Virus record (IMG/VR): IMGVR_UViG_3300042558_005069
Coordinates: 32,001-96,000 of that record
Strand: one strand, 5' to 3'
Origin: a virus
DNA length: 64,000 bases
Below are positions 11,501 through 19,445 of the stretch, piece by piece. Below the pieces are notes generated by a model, which did not search any database, had not been told where the DNA came from, and saw only the letters and a list, made by a program, of their open reading frames with translations. Made by a program: the position numbers and the translations under genes. Numbering within the stretch: position 1 is the stretch's first letter; every line of letters starts with the position of its first letter.

Positions 11501-14500
11501 AGCGGCTCTCCGTCTGTTCTGTAAAGATTCAACCTTGACCACTCTCTCAATGGTTCGGTCGGATTCATAAACAAATTTAATTTGTCTATAACTTTTCCAC
11601 CTCTCATCTTCACAAGAGCTATTTCTACTGGCTTACCATTGCTCGCACGTTCCCTGAAGCGGTCAAAGTCAATACCTGTAGTTTCGTAATCAATAAAAAT
11701 TATGTCTCTATTGTTAAATATTTCTCTTAGCTCGCGCCAAGTTTTTGCTTCACCAAATATGAAGTCAGCCTCACCTATAAACGGTCCGTAACTTGGTTCG
11801 CGGGGAAATGACGGCATTTTTACTTCACCACTGCTAAGGCGTCGGGGGTTATCGTCTGGATCATAACCAAATTCGAGAAGAGAATTTCCTTCAGTGAAAA
11901 GGTGCTTTGCTTTTACTCGCTGACTTACTATTCTGTATTTTCCTTTTCCTCCCAGATTGGAGTCTCCGTGAAGTTTTGCGTATGACCGCAATGGGCTAAC
12001 CCAGTCGCCAGCGTTTATTTTTAGATTTTTGTCAATGTGCTTTGCATTCCTAAGCATTTCTATTTCTCGACTAATTTCGTCATAGTATTCGTTTATGTCT
12101 GATATATCTGCAGAAACATACTTTGGAACTCGGCCATATTGTAAAATATGTGATTTCTGTGTTTCTAGTTCTTTTATTCTCTCATTGGGGAGTAAAGGAA
12201 CAGCACGATAGACCGTAACTAGCGCTTCAGGCTTGCCCTTGATTTGCTTTATAATTCTAAGTGCTTCTGGAGCCAACGGGTCGGTACTGGCGTAGAGGGC
12301 AGCACCGTTTGGCCCATAGACTTCTTCTGGATACATTCCGTCAGCAATATTGTGCATCGGAGCGCCACTGTTCCTATCGGGAGCCTGGTGGAAACCTCTG
12401 TAGTCTTCGTCCTTACTAAATGGAACATCGGAAGTACCGCTTGAAAATCTGTCAGACCCAAGTTTGCTATCGAAACGCCTATCAGTCACATTAATTAACG
12501 CCGAGCGACGAGGCCCCTTTACGGGACCAGTCCCTCCAGTTGCGGCCTTCCACCATTTGTCGCCATCGTCTGTTGTCGCTCCCGCTGAAATCTCATAAGT
12601 TGGCATACTGATGCGTAATGCGTCAAGGAGGGCCGACCCAATCCCCATCCTTTTAAAATCTTCGCCTACTTCTATCATCGCCACAACAGCAGTACTGTCG
12701 ATACTTTCGGAATTGTAATCAATGTATCCTGCTAGCTTCCCACTTTCATCGAAAGCAGCTAAGTATCCGTTGTACTGATCACGACCGGGGGAGTCACCGC
12801 CATGAGACAAAGTAAACCTTTTGCCCCCAACATTGAATCCGACCGGGTCATCAAACGGTTTATCTTTTCCTAGCCGCTCAATTTCTATCGTTACTTTCTG
12901 GCCTGAGGAAAATTTATTATCGTGATCCTTAACTGCTGATGAAAGAAATTTTATTGGGCTTATTTCCCCCGATGCTAGCGGAAGTTTGTTTTTAGTTGCA
13001 GCGTTCCGTGAGTTCATTTCGCTTGTAGACCATTCGTCGACTACTGACGCAGGGAGCCGATCAAGCAATAGCTTTAAGCGGAGATCTTGATTTTTTTGAT
13101 ATCGCTCCTTATCTATTACTCTGCGATAGCCAACTTCTATGCCATTTCCGTTATTCAATTCCGAAAAGAAAGTAGATAAAGATTCTTTATTTGCTTTTGA
13201 CAGCATCTCTTCAGGATTCTTAAAGGATGAATAAGTCATTCCGTTTTCAGTGTAGTAACCGCTTAGGAGTTGTTCTCTTTCTGTTTTTGTAAAATATTTT
13301 TTTGTTGCGGTGTCGTTGTTTTCTGCCAAAAGCTGCCTATGCAGCGCCCCGACCATTTTTGATCTAGAGGCGGCCCCATTCCACTCAAAACCGTTCATGC
13401 CCCAATAGGTTGCTCCGTTTGAGGAATAGGCATCTCCAAATGGAGAGTCCTTCACTATGTCGGATCTGCCGGTGAGACTTATTGAATCAACTTCTAGAGC
13501 TTTCCATATATTTTCAGAGTAAGCCATGAAAGAAGTGCTAATCCCTGAATTCCTAAGCTCAGGCTTTACGAAAATTTGGTTTAAATCAACCGAGAGACCG
13601 GTATTTGTAATTGATAATTTAAAGCTAGCCGTACCAACGTCTGACAATTCTTGAACATTTGTTCCAGCTACATTTTCTTGAGGAAAACTTAATTTTACAT
13701 CAACATAAACGGGCAAAGATTCTCCCGATGCAACAACGCTCGCTCCGTAGTCCACGCTGCTTACTTGAGATGATAAAGGCAATTCTTCTTGTGCGAATAT
13801 GTTTGATCGAGAAACATCGATCAACAATTCTGATCCAAGATTGAACCTCTCTCCACTAGAGCTTTCTACTACAACATTATTTCTTAGAGGAATAGAAATA
13901 TTGTTAAATAATTTATTCAGTGATTGCAAAAAGTTGTCTTTTAGGCTGTCGTCATCGGCAAATTCTAAGTATGAAAATCTTTCTGGCTGCTCAATATTCT
14001 TGTTTTCTGGAGTAAATAATTTTCCAGAACGCCATTGAATCGATGGTAAAACAAAGTTGACAATCATGTCTCTTGTGTCGAAAGCGTTGGTAAGTTTTTC
14101 ACCATCTAGTTTTTGTCTTTCGACTTCTGTTTCATAATTGGCACCAGAAGAAAAGGTGTCCGAGCCACCATCGACGGAGCTAATTTCTCTATCTTCAAAG
14201 TCTATTGAAGTATTTTTATCTAAATTATAAAACTCGTGAAGGTTAGAAATTGTATTTAGCAAACCATTTAATGGTCGATTAGCAGGGGTTGCCTCTGCGA
14301 ATGCTCTACCGTCATCGCTAAGTGCGTTGCTGTGTTGAAGGTTGAATTCTGGAAAAGCTTCTCTTTGCGTGTAGAACATCTCTGCCGCAATACCGCGCCT
14401 GCGGTGACCGCGTCTTGTCTGGATTTCCAAAACTTCTAGCTGGCCATCATTTGGAGCCCAAACTGACATCCTTGCTATGACTGGTGCGGTTCCTTTTCCC

Positions 14501-16287
14501 GTAAGGCTCCGAAGTACGTCCTGGTCATCGACATCATTTGGACCAATTGGTGATTTCTTTTTATTAAAAGGGTTTTCGCCTTGTTCGTCAAATATTTTTG
14601 CAAGAGAATTGCGTTCTTTTTCAATGTCTGACTCCAAATAGGATACGACATCTCCATTTTGCGTGACGATTATTCTATATTCAGTATCTTTATTTTTAAC
14701 TTTTTTTGAAGCGAATATATCTCCATAGTCGTGAAGATTCAGTGGTGACAGTTGCTCCATACCGCTGGAAAACGCACCAACAAGCTCTCTGTCGTTACTT
14801 AATCTGCGCTCGTACCCAATTGTTACGTTTTTCTCCTGAAACAAACTAGTTGCCTGTTCAAAAGCAAGAAGTTCTTCCGCGCTTGAATCTGTTTCAAACA
14901 CAGAATTACCATCTACTCTTCTTTCTTCTATTAGGAGAGATATCCGTTTTCTCTCTTCTTCGCTAAACCAATTTTGCGTTTGGTCGTCAAGTCCATCTTT
15001 AATTACGCGAAGAAAATCTTGTTTTGCTTTTTCTCCAGACCACGTAAATCCATTTTTTGGCCAGTGCGTTGCCCCAATTCGATTTCCCTCTTTGTCGGAC
15101 AACCCGCCCGTATATATTCTTTTTGCGTCAATCGCATTATATATTTTTTCATTACTTGCATTAAATAAGCTACCTATGCCAAGACCCTGTGATGGCTCGT
15201 TTAGAAAGAAAGTATCGTGGATAACTGTTATTCCAGAGTCTTTTTCTCTAGTATTAAACATTATTGTCCTGGAAGATGAACCAAACTGGATTCGGTCAAG
15301 TTCCGGAGTTCCTTCTGGGAGTGCATAAGCGTTTTCGAGCATTTCTTCTGGCACTCCGGCTTTCGCCAACCGATCCATTGCTTCCTCTGACGGAGCCAAC
15401 CTCATGCGAAGCTTTATATTCATAAATGTTTGTTTTTCGGAATCTTCATCAAAAATTGTTGTATATAGCTGTTCTTCTGCCTGTTCATTAATATCATTTA
15501 AATTTATGTCCGCTAGCTCAATATCCCAGCCCTTATATTTATTACCTGGCCGGACAGAAATGCGAACCGTTTTTCCTAAATTTATTTTTTCACCGTTTTT
15601 GGCGGTAACTACAATGTCTTTTTCCAGTTCTATTTCGCTATTAAAAATTTCCGCGAGCAAATCATGTATTCTTTTTTTTGCTTCCAACCGCTCCGGTGAG
15701 TCGGCCAGTTCTTTCGTGTCTTCGTCAAAAATGTCTTTGATTGTCGTGAATTCATCTTGCTCAACAAGCAAATCACTTCTTAGTAGTTCTTTTAGTTCTT
15801 CTATTTTCTGTAATTTTTCTTGCGTTAATTCGGGCCGGGAATCAACAAGCTCTTGATATGTTGCTCCAGAAGAAAAAGTGGTTGACCTATCTGGAGATTC
15901 CTCACCGCCAAAAAGCTGACTTCCTGACGATGGTCTGGTTTTTTTGGGGGAAAGTTCCGAATCCCTAGTGCTCTGTTTTGGTTTTTTACCCTCGGATGCA
16001 GTGCCAACATATATTGGCTTTGTTGTTCCTTCGTCAGCCCAGCCGTCACCGTCTGGGTCTCTTCTTGAGCCAGTCGGCTTTCTTGTGCCGGGCTTACCTC
16101 CGGTGGGTAGGTCTATGTCTCCCTGGCTGCGCCCGCCGCGACGACGGCCAAGGCTAGGAATCCCGGAAAGCCTGTTTGAAGCATAGGAAGCAAGACGTCG
16201 ACCAAGAGCTTTTTCCTCAAGGTCTGGTTCGCGGCCTTTGCGTGATTCATCAAAGGGGATGAGAAATTCATTTTCTTCACTTGACAT
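2593..16287 (-). CDS. giant polyvalent protein, 4564 aa: 4 GNAT-like, several ART-like, DEDDh exonuclease, HExxH zincin and DUF3626-like modules
   Basis: Uninterrupted 13.7 kb ORF; motifs QGLGIG, RRRGIA, RNSGIS, KRMGIG (GNAT motif A); IDYETTG..HSAEQD (DEDDh); HELVH; YRG..SSWS..ESE; SQFE..RPIYG..YIEAQVH. Confidence 0.85.
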   Translation of the reverse strand: MSSEENEFLIPFDESRKGREPDLEEKALGRRLASYASNRLSGIPSLGRRRGGRSQGDIDLPTGGKPGTRKPTGSRRDPDGDGWADEGTTKPIYVGTASEGKKPKQSTRDSELSPKKTRPSSGSQLFGGEESPDRSTTFSSGATYQELVDSRPELTQEKLQKIEELKELLRSDLLVEQDEFTTIKDIFDEDTKELADSPERLEAKKRIHDLLAEIFNSEIELEKDIVVTAKNGEKINLGKTVRISVRPGNKYKGWDIELADINLNDINEQAEEQLYTTIFDEDSEKQTFMNIKLRMRLAPSEEAMDRLAKAGVPEEMLENAYALPEGTPELDRIQFGSSSRTIMFNTREKDSGITVIHDTFFLNEPSQGLGIGSLFNASNEKIYNAIDAKRIYTGGLSDKEGNRIGATHWPKNGFTWSGEKAKQDFLRVIKDGLDDQTQNWFSEEERKRISLLIEERRVDGNSVFETDSSAEELLAFEQATSLFQEKNVTIGYERRLSNDRELVGAFSSGMEQLSPLNLHDYGDIFASKKVKNKDTEYRIIVTQNGDVVSYLESDIEKERNSLAKIFDEQGENPFNKKKSPIGPNDVDDQDVLRSLTGKGTAPVIARMSVWAPNDGQLEVLEIQTRRGHRRRGIAAEMFYTQREAFPEFNLQHSNALSDDGRAFAEATPANRPLNGLLNTISNLHEFYNLDKNTSIDFEDREISSVDGGSDTFSSGANYETEVERQKLDGEKLTNAFDTRDMIVNFVLPSIQWRSGKLFTPENKNIEQPERFSYLEFADDDSLKDNFLQSLNKLFNNISIPLRNNVVVESSSGERFNLGSELLIDVSRSNIFAQEELPLSSQVSSVDYGASVVASGESLPVYVDVKLSFPQENVAGTNVQELSDVGTASFKLSITNTGLSVDLNQIFVKPELRNSGISTSFMAYSENIWKALEVDSISLTGRSDIVKDSPFGDAYSSNGATYWGMNGFEWNGAASRSKMVGALHRQLLAENNDTATKKYFTKTEREQLLSGYYTENGMTYSSFKNPEEMLSKANKESLSTFFSELNNGNGIEVGYRRVIDKERYQKNQDLRLKLLLDRLPASVVDEWSTSEMNSRNAATKNKLPLASGEISPIKFLSSAVKDHDNKFSSGQKVTIEIERLGKDKPFDDPVGFNVGGKRFTLSHGGDSPGRDQYNGYLAAFDESGKLAGYIDYNSESIDSTAVVAMIEVGEDFKRMGIGSALLDALRISMPTYEISAGATTDDGDKWWKAATGGTGPVKGPRRSALINVTDRRFDSKLGSDRFSSGTSDVPFSKDEDYRGFHQAPDRNSGAPMHNIADGMYPEEVYGPNGAALYASTDPLAPEALRIIKQIKGKPEALVTVYRAVPLLPNERIKELETQKSHILQYGRVPKYVSADISDINEYYDEISREIEMLRNAKHIDKNLKINAGDWVSPLRSYAKLHGDSNLGGKGKYRIVSQRVKAKHLFTEGNSLLEFGYDPDDNPRRLSSGEVKMPSFPREPSYGPFIGEADFIFGEAKTWRELREIFNNRDIIFIDYETTGIDFDRFRERASNGKPVEIALVKMRGGKVIDKLNLFMNPTEPLREWSRLNLYRTDGEPLTDEWLAQQMSIQDAHRMVAEFAGPGAIMGVQNAIFDKNVLEDALAEAGIMWRPSGYIDSLDMAQMVLPKYSEENKDGPSVIRGDTRVASTTLSALAEYLEVRLDRHHSAEQDATAAGMVMHAMINQAESRGWDNRILDRAQREDFLDERTKNFQTAREEFDAAKRRFINFESETARFSSGDDDRPILDVGIPPAKPDRDRPIIKIDPLLKPLRRDELEQLKRHQSMDYRYGQITEMGVELRISTPGFLQGLSSSQIANLMVPSSEDEYMEIIFDLFPIPPSNWASPEEIRTLMRKLIIELLKSRKTEIDFSPQNVNLLRKAVEASLDASPELKWLMETFGSPPIVKNIQTDDSLSAAWLDQLVPTLNIVAAWEAIETGRTSQGEIDLTSEFSIGSTTVMDRSISAVFKHELVHYIHMRAMIEAELGGVFATNPAALPYRDLKATGRQYIRDYGTAEGRAARYRGLRVAEEYYSFEPLIDQQSIQKSTLAKDPNGAGFDEQWLNLPFASTAHSYGNTNLIEALAEGAVAVLHPDPTAQERWITKKLRDDARAFLGLRDGETPWKEIEERDRLIKRTSIGTNLRSAARDRIDVARSQIRKVIDMRLSSGAERQRRIPQNTNQSSSSKLRLVNNPKGRDRSGPASSLAMEMLGPNRREILKNEDLRFSSGGPAQVYPAGAFNKQTQKTLLSNVYQDRNGKDVRMRGEVHAIGNDKIYFGHIPEKIKSQITDKEIKIIPLNPYVISGLSPTSAEGRDTAIRWIAARAARYESSGDQASTYVDALLYAGMRGDADSMLEFEDLAKKGELLIEEQRRIQTEGRLSPAQIKYFQATADEKGIGNLSIDDLYVVHETTYDIVKDEAGNVLLRPAGDYGYIPTEDGGVYKHHRQTIHFTLNHLARGHSFRERKSKSNIIVTPLRSVIEDNPGALENLFVIDSWFVPEPEKPLVLRGATILENNESSENVDEELRQLLLSFGTNSFDGGETGGSSSNDHQDLKVGQIATELMVTARGHFNSNSHDIEKVTDDEDKLRNLIVDPISWAVLSDNHRARIANTSDRFITHDEYEEGSAERRNFASGSDRRIDEITGRTVGGVYLGPRDRIVLRRPSKRSGVSTRQRNSFREQRMRLSSGANDIDRIGTVSKDPVAEVKGKIYARPDRNETTDTLVPVHDINGKQIAFTRDSIDAPGVLRLPVNPYVISNTSPKSKEGREFARLWFMATVAQVDEDRSRESRTSALLYAAARGDRDALAELERLSAVAEKIFTDRRENFFSSSPRYSLGGVRPEDRDDAWWVNNYRAGDIMVTTEKDQYESKTRILKFDDLFLVHETVHKPQIDKDGNLRIYPNGDYDVVNQDTQQVVINPYTGEPLRTNRHSVHFSLNHLVQGHLYRPSAQGKSYAIVSQMKKVNEDNPGSLENLYVVDSYLTPPPEDGILFSAGTYRVIELPAVADYSKVEKPEGLQYEWTPEQQQVWESAFAETMKERQRLVNEALGEAGVQATGNSKYVTPILPGGEDGSKENIDLKMRDIAFDLRVDSRPHSGSTQLKLESITAFTSDPKIKDIFRIGEDDRLQQDTLLYLLSENAILRIANNDRFSTSRNDYSTPVDESGQTAFFSGGEILSNINEIVDPDSARSQIRSAGTGPERISIPEAWFKDEFPMSVMIARFPNMHFRKESGYGNQYRYVPTSGELDSSSDALDKLNDRNRMSNFLIRSHWHPGIVPSDTELGDTLNLWRSSFAESRKISRHLAGEVENLENVPEDAALYRAAEIIRNGLESAPPIGHRTYRVARLTPDVGSVVNIGEELNFRAAAVASGINDAIKYEYDELSAIRSIPEKFIFEFPDDTRGIFFDEQGLSARGKPSAEGGNYGIVEGIVSGKFKVSGIEKRQIKNPYSKRMMDRDVVVLEKISDSFSSGEEAKKSKYMVEDDNGQIFFKPGASPKLKAQKTNNGQVTASTWDINSDLLDDIHKITRQQDMDMAVSPASRAKSFIAKNISRQMNVSLREIVDAFVEKGRAKPVIQNFLSDDPRDFDRLPFITDGDSFQRVVEILVDVEDGGTGKFLLNITDGQIFNEKTRVDEVTDLTLEKRKELHEIFVQPIIDMGEDEYRNRVDEEIYSVVSKLETINYWENKKFYFDFQTEAMTKIYSTISGNPEEVDVKLMDSIVENYEKFPKFFEQLSSLMYNTNFTSALNLGFYQYVKTGKIKADQFWEAFVDGELPLKGTPFPLSENRYYLSGFIDQETFIKSYFGQDIISKDSSDFENILKEQIVSELIRSWSISANDENPVSLAIQHVARGMFSLDEAVGWQVKPSATTADLFQSSALSLSKPGFLRTLAEEDIISNGSQKYDSAPELTPSQAQVLQEFISSMYQSTQEYYKSKGITHVPAYRGSLMTVEQSGYDSRRITKIPETNEPLLFEASIESRPISSWSTNRNTAFDFADLRMAGVEEEVPHIYFTYIPIEEILANPFTGMGCLNESEIVTLGKKRKAIVTQIHELPNGPSALSDKFAEIERKFISGDVDWGTYDLPEARLSSGSDEYSGSGKRENTGRNRFKSGEIYSHIKNTNARVIAGLGLEEGKKSVDADFRKPTNSLEVAKNEGRPLSWLLNETIDPEIGESMGELIDELLNNKDFKFYFKYNQIHPYASVRTPDITGEVRRQLLISKIKMLEILQRKYSDLREFEADIIANGLLQRATTIATRTLWAEREAKELGVTVSSLIEKMINQTRRLTDYYFQLTDSDFVPKTFGTMRRGPFKEDRVVIALDMDALEEIFDGTGDDRRILSQFEAGRSNGAYDPGYRAAQEVSMFGYHPSMEPRLRPIYGFATYGGIGEEMEDIGLGYGQFLVVLKPSVNSRSTVSEVDSLSTMASASSFNAPGFGMRAMSDQYIDLDDDIFGGEIKTAVDYIEAQVHPGNGKSGVTKDDIAYILLRDDDEISAEQQLEMQEKLGVPVRRFEEEISLSDQDYNSGVVYIDESNFLE

Positions 16288-16330
16288 TTAGAGCAATAAT
16301 ACCATTTGTTGATGGCTTAAAATGCGGAAA

Positions 16331-16645
16331 CTAAAGCCTTTGGCCACACTTTGTGCATATTTTTGCCCAAGGGTAAAAACGCGTCATATTCATAGGGTGA
16401 TCACATTCTAAAATACGCTTAGCCTCTACGTTTAGCGCATTTCTTATCCACGCTGACAGCGATATCTGCTCATGTGTTGACGCTTCTTTCCATCTATTGC
16501 GTTCAGCATCCGTTGTTCGTATTAGGACCTGCTTGTCGGAAGGATTGCCATTCTCGTTTGGGTTCCCTCGGGCAATCGTCGGTTCAAGGTTTTCAGCAAC
16601 CTTGTTCATGGCTGCAACTATGTTGTTTTCTTCGTCGCTACTCAT
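16331..16645 (-). CDS. ribbon-helix-helix-like DNA-binding protein with a C-terminal Cys/His zinc motif
   Basis: KQVLIRTTDAERNRWKEAS..ISLSAWIRNAL; CDHP..CTKCG; start placed at MSSDEE (16645). Confidence 0.6.
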   Translation of the reverse strand: MSSDEENNIVAAMNKVAENLEPTIARGNPNENGNPSDKQVLIRTTDAERNRWKEASTHEQISLSAWIRNALNVEAKRILECDHPMNMTRFYPWAKICTKCGQRL

Positions 16646-17270
16646 TCTCTTCCTCGGTCTCGTTGATATCTTCAACAATCTCAGCATCAATTATTTCCGA
16701 TTCGCTCTCTCCCATGAGGGCTTTTACAGTTCCTTCAGGCAAAACTCCTGCTATTGCCATTAGTTCTAGAAGTTTTCTTGCCTCTGATTCTGGATCAAAC
16801 CCGGTAGATGGCTTTATAACACCAGGCTGGCCAGCGATTGTCGCTCTAACTTGTTGATTATTATTGTCAACCTGAACATTTACATTTGTCTGCTCCATGC
16901 CCATTAGCTTACTTCTTCTGTCCATGATGGATAGGACTTGCTGAATGGCTTTCATGTCTGGTTCGACTTGAACTTCTGTCCCGTCATCCATGACCACTCG
17001 TCGATGCTGTGTCATCGGCCAAATTGCTTGTTGCAGGTTGTCAAGCCTTTCAAGCTCCAGCCTGAGAACCTCGGGGTAGGCAAGAATTGCCTCTCTGTTC
17101 ATTTTTTGGAGCTGTCGCTCAATGGACCTAGAGACGCTAGGGGCAGACATACCAAATCTTCTTGCTATCTCGGTTACAGAAGTTCCAGCTTGTCGCATCT
17201 TGAATATGCGAAGATCACGTTCGCTTAGGAATTCTTTTGTAGTTATTGGCTTAGCTTTATCGTCACTCAT
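16638..17270 (-). CDS. HTH DNA-binding protein, probable terminase small subunit
   Basis: N-terminal HTH (SVTEIARRFGMSAPSVSRSI), then LELERLDNLQQAIWP..KAIQQVLSIMDRRSKLMG, a pattern typical of actinophage TerS-like proteins. Confidence 0.55.
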   Translation of the reverse strand: MSDDKAKPITTKEFLSERDLRIFKMRQAGTSVTEIARRFGMSAPSVSRSIERQLQKMNREAILAYPEVLRLELERLDNLQQAIWPMTQHRRVVMDDGTEVQVEPDMKAIQQVLSIMDRRSKLMGMEQTNVNVQVDNNNQQVRATIAGQPGVIKPSTGFDPESEARKLLELMAIAGVLPEGTVKALMGESESEIIDAEIVEDINETEEENE

Positions 17271-19107
17271 TGCTTATTTTGGCCCACTCCGTAACTTCGA
17301 AGGGGAACATCCCTCCACGTTTCATTTTAGTCGGCCAATTACGTTCGTCACGTGCACCACGAAAATGCTTAATATCGTAACCATACTCACCGACACACAT
17401 CGGATCAGGCTGAAGTGAAATTCCAAATTCAGGCCACCTAGACCAGACTGCAGACCCAAAAGGGCGCAGATCGCGAGAGCTCCCAGAGGCGCCGAGAGGG
17501 GCATGATGCTCAATCCAAAGAGCACAGCCATAAATCACCCGAATCTGATCTAAATACCTTGCCATCTCAATCGCCACCGCCTCGGAAGTCCGAGAACCAG
17601 GGTCGACAAAAGCTTTGTAAAGTGGACCAATAAGGAGCAATTCTGGCTGTATTTCCTCTAGTGCATTTTCGAGCAGGGCCCTGTCTGCCCCTCTGAGCAG
17701 ATCCATGCCGGACGGTTTTGTATAAAGATATGAATCAAGTCTTTTGCTGCCAGACCGAGTCATCGCTACGTTGGCGATCTTTCTACTTGTTCTTCTAATA
17801 ATTGTGTCTGGATTTTCCAAGTCAATAGTCAAAGTTCTTATTGGGCGCATCGGCTGGTAAGAGAATGGATGTATTCCTGCCCCTCCGAGTATGGCTACCT
17901 GCCTGGCTAACATTGTCTTGCCGACGCCCTCCGCTGCAACCACTATTACGCGTTCCCCACGCTCGATGATATGCGGAATGACCCATTCGTACGTGTCTCG
18001 ATCTGCTTCGGCAAGAAGATCATTCCACTGGATTAATCGACCTGCGTCAAGAACTGGACCCGATCCCGAAGACGAGATGATCAAACTTGATTTAGCCAAC
18101 TTGAGTTTTGAACTTAAATCTTCCCTAGATAAAAGATCCTGAAGCTTTTCGATGGCTTCATCTTCAAACGATATTTCGTGTTCAGGCTCTTCTGATTCAT
18201 TCAAAACAGCAGAATCTTGATTTTCATTGGACAGGGCTGTGTGGTCGACGAAGACGCCTTCGTCTTCGACGGGTTCCAACTCGTCTATTCCTTTCCCCGC
18301 TTCAATGTGATCTGTAATGTCTTTATGAGTGGGAGAAATCCAAACTTGAGCTTCACACCCAGCTGCTCGCAACCTACGACAAACATCAACCGCATGCTGT
18401 ATCCCAACGTCGTCGTGGTCAGCAATTATTTCTACTGTTTTAGCTCCACTGAGGGTTTCTGTATGAAGATCAAGCCAGCTTCCAGCACCATTAGGCATTG
18501 TCGTTGCAACTTGGCCTAGCGAAATGAGGGTATTTGCGTCTTTTTCTCCTTCGACTACCCATATTGTTTCGTCATTATTTTTAGCGCGAACAACTTCTGG
18601 CAAGTTATAAAGAACTTTTGGGATATCCGAAGCGCTATAAATCCAACCTCCGTTACCGTCTGGTTTCCTTTGTCTAAAAGTTTTCCGTCCAGCATCGTCG
18701 ACCAGTCGTATTTTCTGAAAGAGTAAATTGCCGTCTTCATCCGTATAGTCGTAAGACTCAACGAACTTTGTTTTAGGAGCCGCTTTCACGGCTTTTTGTT
18801 GCCTTGGAATGATGGGTGGCTTTTCCCCACTAAAACGAGAAATATCAAGAACGCTTGGCGGGTCAGATTGAGGCATCAGATCGGATACCTTGATCCCCAC
18901 TGAAGTACATATCTTTTCGACGTCGCAGGAAAGCCCCCGGTGGCACTTTATGAGTGTTCTACCATCATCCCCTTGCCCCACGGACAGCGACGGGTTGTCG
19001 TCGTCGTCTCTACAAGGGCAGCATGCCTGCCATCCCCCTGAAGTTTTTCTCACACCCTGCAATCTGTTAAGAAAGTTAAGAGTTTGCGTCGAAGGCGAGG
19101 TCGTCAT
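17263..19107 (-). CDS. DNA primase-helicase (zinc finger, TOPRIM, RepA/AAA_25-type helicase)
   Basis: CPC..DDNPSLSV..CHRGLSC; VVEGEKDA; ADHDDVG; Walker A AAEGVGKT. Confidence 0.9.
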   Translation of the reverse strand: MTTSPSTQTLNFLNRLQGVRKTSGGWQACCPCRDDDDNPSLSVGQGDDGRTLIKCHRGLSCDVEKICTSVGIKVSDLMPQSDPPSVLDISRFSGEKPPIIPRQQKAVKAAPKTKFVESYDYTDEDGNLLFQKIRLVDDAGRKTFRQRKPDGNGGWIYSASDIPKVLYNLPEVVRAKNNDETIWVVEGEKDANTLISLGQVATTMPNGAGSWLDLHTETLSGAKTVEIIADHDDVGIQHAVDVCRRLRAAGCEAQVWISPTHKDITDHIEAGKGIDELEPVEDEGVFVDHTALSNENQDSAVLNESEEPEHEISFEDEAIEKLQDLLSREDLSSKLKLAKSSLIISSSGSGPVLDAGRLIQWNDLLAEADRDTYEWVIPHIIERGERVIVVAAEGVGKTMLARQVAILGGAGIHPFSYQPMRPIRTLTIDLENPDTIIRRTSRKIANVAMTRSGSKRLDSYLYTKPSGMDLLRGADRALLENALEEIQPELLLIGPLYKAFVDPGSRTSEAVAIEMARYLDQIRVIYGCALWIEHHAPLGASGSSRDLRPFGSAVWSRWPEFGISLQPDPMCVGEYGYDIKHFRGARDERNWPTKMKRGGMFPFEVTEWAKISNE

Positions 19108-19445
19108 CTCGCATCTCGCAATCTTGGAATCACTGGATCAAATGGCTCTCTTTGAACCATGAGAATATTGTGTCGTTTTCTTAATAGTTTGCGCTCACGC
19201 TCCGTGGTTCCGCCCCAGATGCCAAAAATTTCATGATACAGCGCATAATTTAAACACGGATCGATTTGCTTGCAGTCACTGCATATCGCTTTTGCTAAGT
19301 TCGTTTGCTCATTTGCTTTTCGATACTGGACAGAGAAATCTCTTCCCTTGCTTCTTTCCGCATGAGGAAACCACATTTTTACATCTTTACCGATGCAGTC
19401 GCCTCCAGTTGGGGGTGTATCGATCCGTTCGTGTGTTGGTCTCAT
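19104..19445 (-). CDS. whiB: WhiB-family transcription factor
   Basis: C..WFP..AKAICSDCKQIDPCLNYAL..GIWGGTTERER; start at MRPTHE with a GGAGG SD. Confidence 0.93.
   Translation of the reverse strand: MRPTHERIDTPPTGGDCIGKDVKMWFPHAERSKGRDFSVQYRKANEQTNLAKAICSDCKQIDPCLNYALYHEIFGIWGGTTERERKLLRKRHNILMVQREPFDPVIPRLRDAR

Noticed and set aside
3057-16186. Numerous 60-150 aa ORFs inside the giant genes (also within 33210-52258)
   Set aside because: Antisense or off-frame shadows with no motifs or ribosome-binding sites
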